In this document: one piece after another, positions 1 to 9,866 of the stretch | Layout: each line of letters begins with the position of its first letter | Position numbering within the stretch: the stretch's first letter is position 1 | Source of the DNA: Eledone cirrhosa | Lineage: Eukaryota | Reading direction: 5' to 3' | Assembly (NCBI GenBank): GCA_964016885.1 | Contig: OZ024743.1 | Coordinates: 352,346,001 to 352,410,000, forward strand | DNA: 64,000 nt | Program-made: the position numbers and the translations under genes | Notes under the pieces: generated by a model | The model's input: only the letters and a program-made list of their open reading frames with translations | Databases searched by the model: none | Told to the model about the DNA's origin: nothing

Positions 1-604
1 TGCAGCGGTGTTTGACACCCGGTAAAGATGGCTTTATAAAATTCTTAGTGGTATTTTTGCTTTAGTATTCTTGGTATTAGTATATATTAGCATTCTGAAT
101 TAATAGTTCGTATTAGGTTTTAAGTATGTTTGTCCTCAATTTATTAACCTGTCATTGTAAGATGGCATTGGCTGATTACTACTAACTTTTGCAGTGGTGT
201 CATCCCCCCTGTAAAGATGGCTTTATAAAGTACTTTCACTACAATCCCGTATTTAGCATTTTTCTCCACCTATTAAACTTTTCTATAGCTTAACAATACC
301 AATGAGAGATTTGGGGATTGTGGGGATGGAATAGTAACCAGAAATTGTTGTTTGTTTATATATTTGTTATTTTTATATATTTATCTCCTCATCTTTATAA
401 TAGCTTGTTTGTTTACTCCCTTTCGATTTACCTACTTTTTGTTTTTTTTTGTTCAACACTGACACAGGAACGATCATAATAAATGTTCGGTAAACCGATA
501 CGTGCATATATATATGTGTGCATGTATGTATATATATACATACTACTGTACGTCTGTATACATATATGTATGTACGTATACATACATACTTATATGTATA
601 TACA

Positions 605-1101
605 TGTACAGCCACCGGAAATAACATCTGTGAAATATACAGCGCCATCTACCTGTTAGCTAGCTACTTCAATGTGAAACAAAAGAACCCTTAAAACCTA
701 CCAGAATAAACGCCTACACATCGGCTAAACACCAAACGATTGTTTCTGTATAAATAGAGTGGTTCCCAACACTTCGCTAGTCGACTTTTGGCAGAGTCAG
801 CTAGCGCATCGTTGTTCCTTTACTCTGCCACGCTTTGTCACTCACACGCCTTGTACCTCGTATCGTCGCTTCATGTGAAAGTAAATAGCTGATCGAATTT
901 ACATCTCGCCTTGCTTCGTCCTTTCAACTTGTGCTTTCGTCTGTCCATCCTCAACAGTTCTTTTAAGGGCTATATGCGACAACAGTCCTTTTAAGGGCTA
1001 TCTTCAGATCTGATCAGACCGTATGCGATAAGAGTCCTTCTAAGGGCTATTCTCGGATCTGATCAGAAGTAGTGAGTAGACTGACTAACCACGTCGCTAC
1101 A
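605..1101 (+). repeat. 5' LTR (497 bp)
   Basis: Direct repeat of 5477-5953 with about 5 substitutions and 13- and 7-bp indels; internal AACAGTCCTTTTAAGGGCTAT-like sub-repeats. Confidence 0.96.
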
Positions 1102-1103
1102 AT

Positions 1104-1135
1104 TGGTGACCCGAACGTGAGTCGAACGCGCAGCC
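1104..1135 (+). promoter_or_regulatory. Extended primer-binding site complementary to the tRNA-Trp 3' end
   Basis: TGGTGACCCGAACGTGAGTCGAACGCGCAGCC, 2 nt after the LTR; 28/32 match to the reverse complement of the tRNA-Trp-like segment at 63200-63231. Confidence 0.88.
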
Positions 1136-1160
1136 AGACAGCACCTAAGAAAATATCAAC

Positions 1161-4100
1161 ATGGACATGTCACAAACGACAGAGGCCGAGATTTCAGAGC
1201 TGCGGGCTATGATCAGAGAGCGGGCTGGTTAAATTAAAGCCCTCTCGAATCAAGTAGAGAACTTGACCTTTCAAACACACCGGCAACGCAGCAAAAGTCG
1301 ATCCAGGCCTTTTCACAGTCGAAGATCCAGTAGTCCCAGTCAAAATAGTGTGCCTGGCAACCTCTGCTGGTATCACACAAATTTCGGCGCACAGGCATCT
1401 AAGTGCAAAGCCCCGTGCTCTTTCCGGAATGCCACCCAGGGCCTGGCGACGACGTTCACCCCTGGTACTGAAAAGAAAAGTCGTCTATTTTTTATTAACG
1501 ACCAGGCGACAGGCATCCGATACCTCGTGGATACAGGAGCCCAGGTTAGTGTTATTCCGGTTTCACTAATCTCGGGCAAGACACCCAACCCCGTCCTTTC
1601 TGCAGGCAGTGAACCAATCGTCAATTCCGACTTTTGGGGAGAAGTCTCTGACCCTCAATTTAGGCCTGAGGCGGCGTTTTCAATGGGTGTTCGTCGTGGC
1701 AGACCTGCCGACCCCTATCCTAGGAGCCTATTTTCTCAACCACTTCAACCTTCTGGTGGATATGAAGAACCGGAGGCTTATTGACACCACCACAAACCTC
1801 ACTGTGAGAGGTATATTTACCACGCAATCGACAGTGAGCCCTGTAATTTGCCAGTCAGAGCCTTCGCGGTACAACGGCATTCTCCAGAAATACCCAGACA
1901 TCACTCGCCCGGTATTTAAGGATGGTCCTATTAAGCATAGTGTCACGCACCACATCGAGACAAAGGGACCACTCACAGCTTCGCGACCAAGGAGACTGCC
2001 TCCAGACCGATTGAGAATCGCCAAGCAGGAGTTCCAACACATGCTAGACCTCGGAATCATTCGCCCTTCCTCCAGCAACTGGTCTGCACTCCTACACCTT
2101 GTTCCAAAAAAAAATGAGAATAATTGGCGACCATGTGGGGATTATCGTGCACTTAACAATTCTACAGTGCCCGATAATTACCCTGTACCTCACCTGCACG
2201 ATTTTTCTGCCTCTCTGCAAGGCGCACGTATCTTTTCCAAGGTAGATTTGGTGCGTGCATATAACCAGATACCTATGGAGCCTGCAGACATTCCGAAGAC
2301 CGCAATCACAACACCGTTCGGTTTATTCGAATTCCTGCGAATGCCGTTCGGTCTGCGCAATGCTGCACACACTTTTCAGCGGTTTATTGACACCGTGTTA
2401 CGCGATCTACCCTTCGTATACGCGTATATTGACGACGTGCTGGTAGCAAGTACTTCCGAGCATGAACACGAGAAGCACTTAGTACTCCTTTTCCGACGTT
2501 TGGCTGAGTACGGTATCATCATCAACCCCAGCAAGTGCCTTCTCGGCGTTCCTTCACTGTCCTTTCTCAGGCACATCATCGATAAAGACGGCATTCGCCC
2601 ACTTCCCGAGAAAGTAGAAGCTATCCGCAGTTTTCCTGCACCTACATCACTTCGGAAACTGCGTGAATTCCTCGGTCTGGTGAATTTTTATAGGCGGTTC
2701 ATCCCGCATTGTTCCCGCATTGTTCCAGACTCCTCACGGACCTTCTTCGTAACCGGACTCGCAAAAACGAAGAGATCACTCTAAACGAGGAAGAATTAAC
2801 ATCTTTTAACCGCCTGAAGGAAATGTTGGCAAATGCTTCCATGCTCGTTTTCCCCAGGCCTGGCGCTCCTCATTCGCTGCTAGTGGACGCATCAGACACG
2901 GCGGTTGGAGGCGTTCTACAACAACATGTCGACGGCGTGTGGCAACCCTTATCCTTTTTTCTAAGCGGTTGCAACCGGCAGAAACGAAATACAGTACCTT
3001 TGGCCGCGAACTCTTGGCAACCTATCTTTCGGTTAAGCATTTTCGGCACATGCTCGAAGGATCAGATTTCGTGATCTACACGGACCATAAACCATTAGTT
3101 TATGCGTTCCGTACCAAACCTGATCGACATTCACCGAGAGAACTCCGACACCTGGATTTTGTCTCCCAATATTCAACTGATATTCGGCATATCAAGGGAT
3201 CAGACAACGTAGCAGCCGACGCCCTGTCTCGAATCCAGCTGAACGCAATACATGTGCATTCAGGCATCGACCTTCAACAGATCGCAGCTGAACAAGAGAC
3301 TGACGAAGAGTTTATCAAGCTCCGAGATTCGCCATCCCTCAAGTTTCAGCAAGTTCCCATTCCTTCTTCTCCGGGACAAATTTGGTGCGACCTTTCTACC
3401 GGTCATGAACGACCGTACGTACCACAGATGCATCGGCGACAAGTTTTTTCTGCTTTACACTGCTTGGCTCACCCGGGAATCCGGACTACACAGAAACTCA
3501 TCTCTGCTCGTTTTGTGTGGACTAACATTAACAAGGACGTGCGCGACTGGTCCAGGAGCTGCATTGCCTGCCAGAAAGCCAAAGTCCACAGACACATCAA
3601 AACTCCACTCGGCACATTCGCGCAACCTGATGCACGTTTTCATCATGTGCATTTCGACATCGTCGGACCTCTACCACCATTACAGAACTACACACACTTG
3701 CTCACCTGCATAGATCGATTTTCTCGTTGGCCTGAAGCTTTTCCCATAAATGATACCTCAGCGGAAACAGTCGCTAAAACTTTGATTTTACACTGGGTAT
3801 CACGTTATGGCGCCCCAGCGAAGATAACAACGGACAGAGGACGCCAATTTGACTCCCACCTCTTCAGGGAACTGACTCGCCTGTTAGGATGTAAACACAT
3901 CCGCACGACAGCTTATCACCCGCAAGCTAATGGTCTCGTGGAAAGATTCCATCGCCAATTGAAAGCTGCAATAAAAGCATATCCAGACAAGACCCACTGG
4001 TTTGAATACCTACCACTCATCCTTCTGGGCATTCGATCCACCGTTAAGGAGGAATTCGGACACACACCTGCAGAATTAGTGTATGGCACCAACCTGGTTC

Positions 4101-4552
4101 TACCTGGTCAGATGGTTGCTCCCATCTCTCCTCAGGATGTTCCAGACCCAGGATCATACGTACACCGTCTTCGACAATATATGTCTCACCTTGCTCCTGC
4201 AAGCACCCGTCAACAGAACACGGCCACACACGTACCTTCAGACATTAAAGATTGGACACACGTTTTCGTTCGAAACGACACCATCTCAGCTCACCTTCGA
4301 CCTCCATATTCTGGCCCTTATCGTGTTCTAAAAAAATATCCGAAATATTTTATTCTCGATCTAGATGGTAAACAGAATTCTGTCAGCGTGGACAGATTAA
4401 AAAAAGCCATCATGGATACTGTTACAGTCTCTACACCAGAAACTCCAACAGATTGCTGTCCCAGCGAGCCACCTGTTTTACCTCCAGTCACGAGAAGCGG
4501 ACGACGCGTCCATTGGCCCGCAAAGTTGGCACAATATGTGAATTACCGTTAA
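1161..4552 (+). pseudogene. Disrupted gag-pol (shortened Gag, protease, RT, RNase H, integrase)
   Basis: CWYH-x-KC-x-PC knuckle, LVDTGA protease, YIDD RT, DASD RNase H, H-H-C-C and D-D-E integrase, GPY motif; a premature stop in gag and frameshifts near 1609, 2710 and 2960. Confidence 0.93.
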
Positions 4553-5476
4553 CCTCAAGTGAGTTTCTTAATCATTCTTCGTGCAAAACATTTCCATTTT
4601 TCTTGTGTTTACTATTTCCAGTTTCAAATACAATGAACTTTCTGCTTGAACAATTGCAATTGTTAGTGACCATGTGCTCATGTCACGAAGAACATTATTT
4701 ATTATGAACATTATTTATTACAAACACTATTTAAGAACAAACATTGTGTATATCATTTTTTTTTCTTCACTCTGTTGTTTTGCAAAATTTGTATTTTCCT
4801 TTTTTCTGTAACATTGATTGTGTAATTGCCATCATTTTTATATACATACAAGGCGTTTACATATTCTGTTTATCATGCACACTACAAAACCACGTTTGTT
4901 TCACCTTTTGGTTCATACACTGAGCAATAGATATTTGTGTCCCTCTAACTCTTACACTACAAAATGTTTTCTCTTTGATCACGCATTTCACAAATCGCAT
5001 CCTCAAAACACTGGCCTTTTTTTTTTCACGTACACATTCACTCAATAGCTCGAGAATGCCTCGCTATTTTTTTTTACCACATGCATTCGCTCAAGTCATA
5101 TGCTGTGGAGCAAACTGTTACTTTTAGGCAGCATGCTTACGGCCATTCAGTTCACACATTACGGTTATCTTCACTGCCCAGTTAGACATTTTGTCACGCA
5201 ATTCACAGACAGCTCAACCCAAATTGCAACAGGCTCATTCATCACGCCTGCATAAATCTGGTCAAAGTCATTTTATAGTTTATTTCTTTTTTCTCTTCCT
5301 GACACACACATCTTGCCATATCATCTCTACATCGACTCTGTCCTGTACTCGATGATCACAAAATGTCACAACGTGCTGGACACTCCTGGGGCTATTATCA
5401 TGACAAATGCACAACTGGCCCATTACTATACGATATTTCGCTCTTTTGTTGTACAAAAGAACTGGCAGGGGGCTAA

Positions 5477-5953
5477 TGTACAGCCACCGGAAATAACATC
5501 TGTGAAATATACAGCGCCATCTACCTGTTAGCTAGCTACTTCAACGTGAAACAAAAGAACCCTTAAAACCTACCTGAATAAACGCCTTCACATCGGCTAA
5601 ACATCAAACGATTGTTTCTGTATAAATAGAGTGGTTCCCAACACTTCGCTAGTCGACTTTTGGCAGAGTCAGCTAGCGCATCGTTGTTCCTTTACTCTGC
5701 CACGCTTTGTCACTCACACGCCTTGTACCTCGTATCGTCGCTTCATGTGAAAGTAAATAGCTGATCGAATTTACATCTCGCCTTGCTTTGTGCTTTCGTC
5801 TGTCCATCCTCAACAGTTCTTTTAAGGGCGACAACAGTCCTTTTAAGGGCTATCTTCAGATCTGATCAGACCGTATGCGATAAGAGTCCTTCTAAGGGCT
5901 ATTCTCGGATCTGATCAGAAGTAGTGACTAGACTGACTAACCACGTCGCTACA
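5477..5953 (+). repeat. 3' LTR (477 bp)
   Basis: Copy of 605-1101, followed by TSD TACA. Confidence 0.96.
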
Positions 5954-5990
5954 TACATATATATGAATGCAGGCATTATTTCCTTCATAC

Positions 5991-6173
5991 GGTGGATTGG
6001 CAGTATCGGTAGAGAGTCGGACACCATGCTTTGAAGCATAGAGTTACGTCCCTTTATGATCTGAGTTCAAATCCCGCCGAGGTTAACTTTACCTTTCATC
6101 CTTACGGGGTCGATAAAATAAAGTATCAGTAATGTACTGGATAATTGCTGGCCTTGTGCCTAAAATAGAAACA
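5991..6173 (+). mobile_element. tRNA-derived SINE (Nin-domain-like core)
   Basis: A-box-like TGGCAGTATCGGT, B-box GAGTTCAAATCC, core CCTTTCATCCTTACGGGGTCGATAAAAT; 16-bp TSD ATTATTTCCTTCATAC (5975-5990, 6174-6189). Confidence 0.93.
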
Positions 6174-6465
6174 ATTATTTCCTTCATACAATTTTCTGTG
6201 TAAGATATGCTTGTCTTCTCATGCATAGTAAATCAGGTTGAGGGCGTGATTTATCATAGGCCTGAAAGTACGCTAAATGTCTAGTTGCAGTTTAGTGGTA
6301 GAGAGTTAAACATTTGTTATATCGACCTGGATAAACTTAGCTCTTGCTTTCGATGGGATATATTTGAATCAATGAAGTAAGTGATTCGTGCTGTTTTATC
6401 TACACCAAGACCTTATTTTTATTTTTATTTTACATTGATATCGTATATCGTATTTATATATTTCA

Positions 6466-6894
6466 GGCATACGTCAAAACGGCCCGTCTGAAAAGTGAAA
6501 CTAATTATTGACAATTACGTACACGTTATAAGAGTTATTTAAATTTATATATATAAAATAAAGGAGCAAATAAGAGCAGGATATGAAGTCAGTCATGTGT
6601 GTGTGTATATATGTGTGTGTGTAAACGAATGTAAAAGTACACACACATATACACTTATATATGCACACATACACACTATAATATATACACGTGTGTGTGT
6701 AAAATTCTAGCAAACCTTATCTATGCCCTACATATATTCTTTTACATTCGTTTACACACACACATGACTAACTTCATATCATGCTCTTATTTGCTCCTTT
6801 ATTTTATATATATAAATTTAAATAACTCTTATAACGTGTACGTAACTGTCAAAAATTAGTTTCACTTTTGAGACCGGCCATTTTGACGTATGCC
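6466..6894. repeat. Fold-back element with about 140-bp inverted arms and a 17-bp flanking direct repeat
   Basis: GGCATACGTCAAAA...TTTTGACGTATGCC; CGTATTTATATATTTCA at 6449-6465 and 6897-6913. Confidence 0.85.
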
Positions 6895-7417
6895 ACCGTA
6901 TTTATATATTTCATATTATAATTTTCATTTCTATATATTTTTGGCGTGTTATTATTATTTCCTTACTTTTCTATATCTAGTGCTGTTTCTATATCTGTGC
7001 TGTTTTGATTTTGATTTTTGATATTTTGATTTTTTGACTGGGTCATCAAATCAGTCTATTTATATCTTTTGATGCCTTCCTCACTTCGTGGGAATACTAC
7101 GATACCTCTGTCTTAGCAGGAGGTAGTGGGAGAGAATAGCGACGGTAGCGATAATGAGGCAGTGGTGATGATGTGATCGTAGTACTGTAGTGATGGTGTT
7201 GAAGTTGAAGTAACTTGGGTAGATTTTTTTTTGGTGTGGTAGTGGTGATGGTGGCGGTGGTGTTAGTGGTGAAATTATTTGCCTGTCTGTCCTCTATTTT
7301 CCTCTATTTTGACTATAACACTTCTGATCCAAAATTAAATATTAAATATTGGGGCCCTACGCCATAATGTGATGCCTTGTCGCTTGCTGACAAAAAGCCG
7401 TTCAACATTATTATTAT

Positions 7418-7512
7418 TGGCATAGGTTAAGAATAACGTCCTCGAAATTGAAACTAGGTTTTCTGTCAGAAAACCTAGTTTCAATTTTGAGGACGTTATT
7501 CTTAACCTATGC

Positions 7513-7514
<2 letters not shown>
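7418..7514. repeat. Near-perfect 97-bp palindrome inside an (ATT)n tract
   Basis: 48-bp arms, 1-nt centre at 7466, one mismatch; (ATT)n on both sides. Confidence 0.95.
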
Positions 7515-7546
<32 letters not shown>

Positions 7547-7761
7547 GAATGCCATGGTTGACGGAGGCTCGGCTCTGTAAGGTATAGTAATTTTTAACCG
7601 TTAAAACAATTGTAAATTGTTTAAAACTTGAACCAAATTGTTGATAAAGACACCCTCCTCCTCGTGAGAGGGGTCTTTCTGTCCGTTATTTGGCCCTTCG
7701 GGGTTAAATAACCAGTTATTGGGGTTTTGTACCCAAAATTTCATTTTAAACAAAAAACAAC

Positions 7762-9831
7762 ATGGCTACGAAAAAGAAATTTCATACGTCACTCCCACTC
7801 ATTCCGTCTTCTTCTTCCTCAATCATCACTACAGCAGAGAGAAGATTGTCTCTCTCCCTCCCTTCTCTTTCGCAAGTGACGAAAGAAAAGAAAAGTCTCG
7901 TGCAAAGCGTACAAGGTTTCTCCACGACGACGACGACAGCGACGAAACAGGTGTGCGGGAAATACGAAAACCCAGTTCATTCGTCTGACGTCAGGAATAA
8001 TAGCAGTAGCAGCCGTAATAACAACAGCAACAGTGACAATGAAAACAACAGTAGCAGCCGCAACAGCATCACCAGCAGCATAAACAACAACAGCATTAGC
8101 AGCAGCAACACCAACAACAACCACAGCAACAGCGGCGGAGGCAGTAGTCGTAGTACCTGCAGCAACAACAAAAGTACCAGCAGCTCTGACGACAACAACA
8201 ACAACAGAGAAAAACCAATCTCATTTGCAGGTATTGCGAAAAACTTGGAAACAATCCTCATAACAAATGAGGAATTAGAGGAAGCGAAGAAGATGGTGAC
8301 AAAGAACGGACACCGAGCAATCTGCAAGGCAGCGGAAAAATTTTTCGAAACCCAAGAGCACTGTACAGTCACGTACCGTACAGTAAGTACAAAATCCCGT
8401 AGGGTGGAAAGAGCCACAGAGGCCCAAATACAAAAAGCCTTGGGGTCTGTGTGGCAGCGGAAAACGCACATCACCCGAGGCAAAAAATATGCCACAGTAG
8501 ACGTACTTTTTGCCACACCCCAGGAGGCAAAGGCCCAATCAGTAGTGACCCTAAGGAGCGAGGAAATGGTGTTGGTGCCCTCCTACTGCGGGCAAAAAAT
8601 TGTGAGGGTCAAACTGACACACGTCCCCCCCGGAATGACGCCTTCTTGGCTGGCCGCGTCTGTCCTCGTCGGAATCGAGGACAAAACAACTGTACTGCAA
8701 GTACAGAAAAAAGTAAGAGAAGATTGGGTCGGCTCCTCCATTGAGATGCTAATCCAAACCAACCAGGAGTGCATCGAAGCTATCCCGGATGTGATAGACT
8801 TCGATAACGGCACTCAACTGCCCATAAGTGTTGAGGGCAAACGCCCGAAATGCTTTCGCTGTGGATCGAAGACTCACCTCAGGGCCTTCTGCAACGAGAA
8901 GACCCTGAGAAAGGAGAAAACCCCCCTCCTTCCGATTCCGGCTCCACGGCTACCAGCAACAGGACAAGCGGCAACCAGGAACGATAGGTCCGTGGCACCC
9001 ATACCCACGCCACGGAAATCAAAAACAGCAGCAGCAGTGGAAATATTAACAACAACAACAGCAATACCAAATGCAGCTGCAACAGAGACTCCAGTGCAAA
9101 CATCACCAACAACAACAAGTGAAAGAGTGGAGCTGGTACCCCTCCCCGACCTCACAGAATCAGACATGGAGTGTGAGGTGGGAGAGGGATGGCAAAAGGT
9201 CGTAAGAAGGCACAAACGCAGAAGCAGCGCATCGTCGCCTTTGAAAAGGGAGGAAAGAAATGAGAAAAGGGTAAAGTCTACTGCAAAGAGACCCACAGCA
9301 GCAACAACACCAACACCATCACCACCCACACTAGCACCACCATCACCACCGGCGACAACCCCACCGCCAACAACACCTTCAACACCACCACCACAAGCAC
9401 CAACGTCGCAAACACAACAACAAAACACACACACCCAGCAACAACGACAAGAAAATAGCAGAACCACACCCCACCCCCAGAAAAACAAATGCACGGCAAT
9501 AAATACACACAACAAGAAACTAATGACTTACATAATTGAACACACAGACATTTCACAACAGGACTACATAATACCAGCACCAATCAAAACGCCAACTAAC
9601 ACAAGACTGCTAAAAATAGCACAGAAACAATACACAAACATTAAAACGAAATTCCCCAACGCAGTTGGTGATTTCAGGGACCTAGGAGGAACCATCAATC
9701 GAAGAGTATACTCAGACATTCTCTTAGAAGAGCCGACGACCAGCCGAAGGGACGATTCAACGGTCCCTTCACCAGACGATCAAGTGAAAAGGGATGTAAA
9801 AACCATCCCTCCTCTACCAAAAGTACGGTAA
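7762..9831 (+). CDS. LINE ORF1 protein (689 aa), copy A
   Basis: Open ORF with CFRCGSKTHLRAFC knuckle, N/S-rich and P/T-rich low-complexity segments, basic WQKVVRRHKRR patch. Confidence 0.9.
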   Translation: MATKKKFHTSLPLIPSSSSSIITTAERRLSLSLPSLSQVTKEKKSLVQSVQGFSTTTTTATKQVCGKYENPVHSSDVRNNSSSSRNNNSNSDNENNSSSRNSITSSINNNSISSSNTNNNHSNSGGGSSRSTCSNNKSTSSSDDNNNNREKPISFAGIAKNLETILITNEELEEAKKMVTKNGHRAICKAAEKFFETQEHCTVTYRTVSTKSRRVERATEAQIQKALGSVWQRKTHITRGKKYATVDVLFATPQEAKAQSVVTLRSEEMVLVPSYCGQKIVRVKLTHVPPGMTPSWLAASVLVGIEDKTTVLQVQKKVREDWVGSSIEMLIQTNQECIEAIPDVIDFDNGTQLPISVEGKRPKCFRCGSKTHLRAFCNEKTLRKEKTPLLPIPAPRLPATGQAATRNDRSVAPIPTPRKSKTAAAVEILTTTTAIPNAAATETPVQTSPTTTSERVELVPLPDLTESDMECEVGEGWQKVVRRHKRRSSASSPLKREERNEKRVKSTAKRPTAATTPTPSPPTLAPPSPPATTPPPTTPSTPPPQAPTSQTQQQNTHTQQQRQENSRTTPHPQKNKCTAINTHNKKLMTYIIEHTDISQQDYIIPAPIKTPTNTRLLKIAQKQYTNIKTKFPNAVGDFRDLGGTINRRVYSDILLEEPTTSRRDDSTVPSPDDQVKRDVKTIPPLPKVR

Positions 9832-9866
9832 GTGGTCTTTCCCATCTTTTCCACTCTATTTTAAAC

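Larger units (their letters stand above)
605..5953 (+). mobile_element. Ty3/Gypsy LTR retrotransposon, CsRn1-like clade; both LTRs present, coding region defective
   Basis: TG...CA LTRs at 605-1101 and 5477-5953; 4-bp TSD TACA (601-604, 5954-5957); tRNA-Trp PBS; purine-rich tract before the 3' LTR; CHCC knuckle, then PR-RT-RH-IN order. Confidence 0.96.

Noticed and set aside
1-230. About 40-bp direct repeat TGCAG.GGTGT...GTAAAGATGGCTTTATAAA
   Set aside because: Cut by the window edge and too short to classify.
950-1070. CRISPR-like repeat-spacer array in the LTR
   Set aside because: Three degenerate LTR sub-repeats with no unique spacers and no cas genes, in a eukaryotic context.
6486-6505. 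Minimal hammerhead CTGAAAAGTGAAAC
   Set aside because: No stem II or stem I; the core deviates.
7977-9583. Antisense Leu/Val-rich ORFs in the LINE (also in copy B)
   Set aside because: Shadows of the A/C-rich low-complexity ORF1.
9825-9835. Splice donor CG|GTAAGT overlapping the ORF1 stop
   Set aside because: A single short consensus match, not clearly conserved in copy C, with no supporting acceptor.
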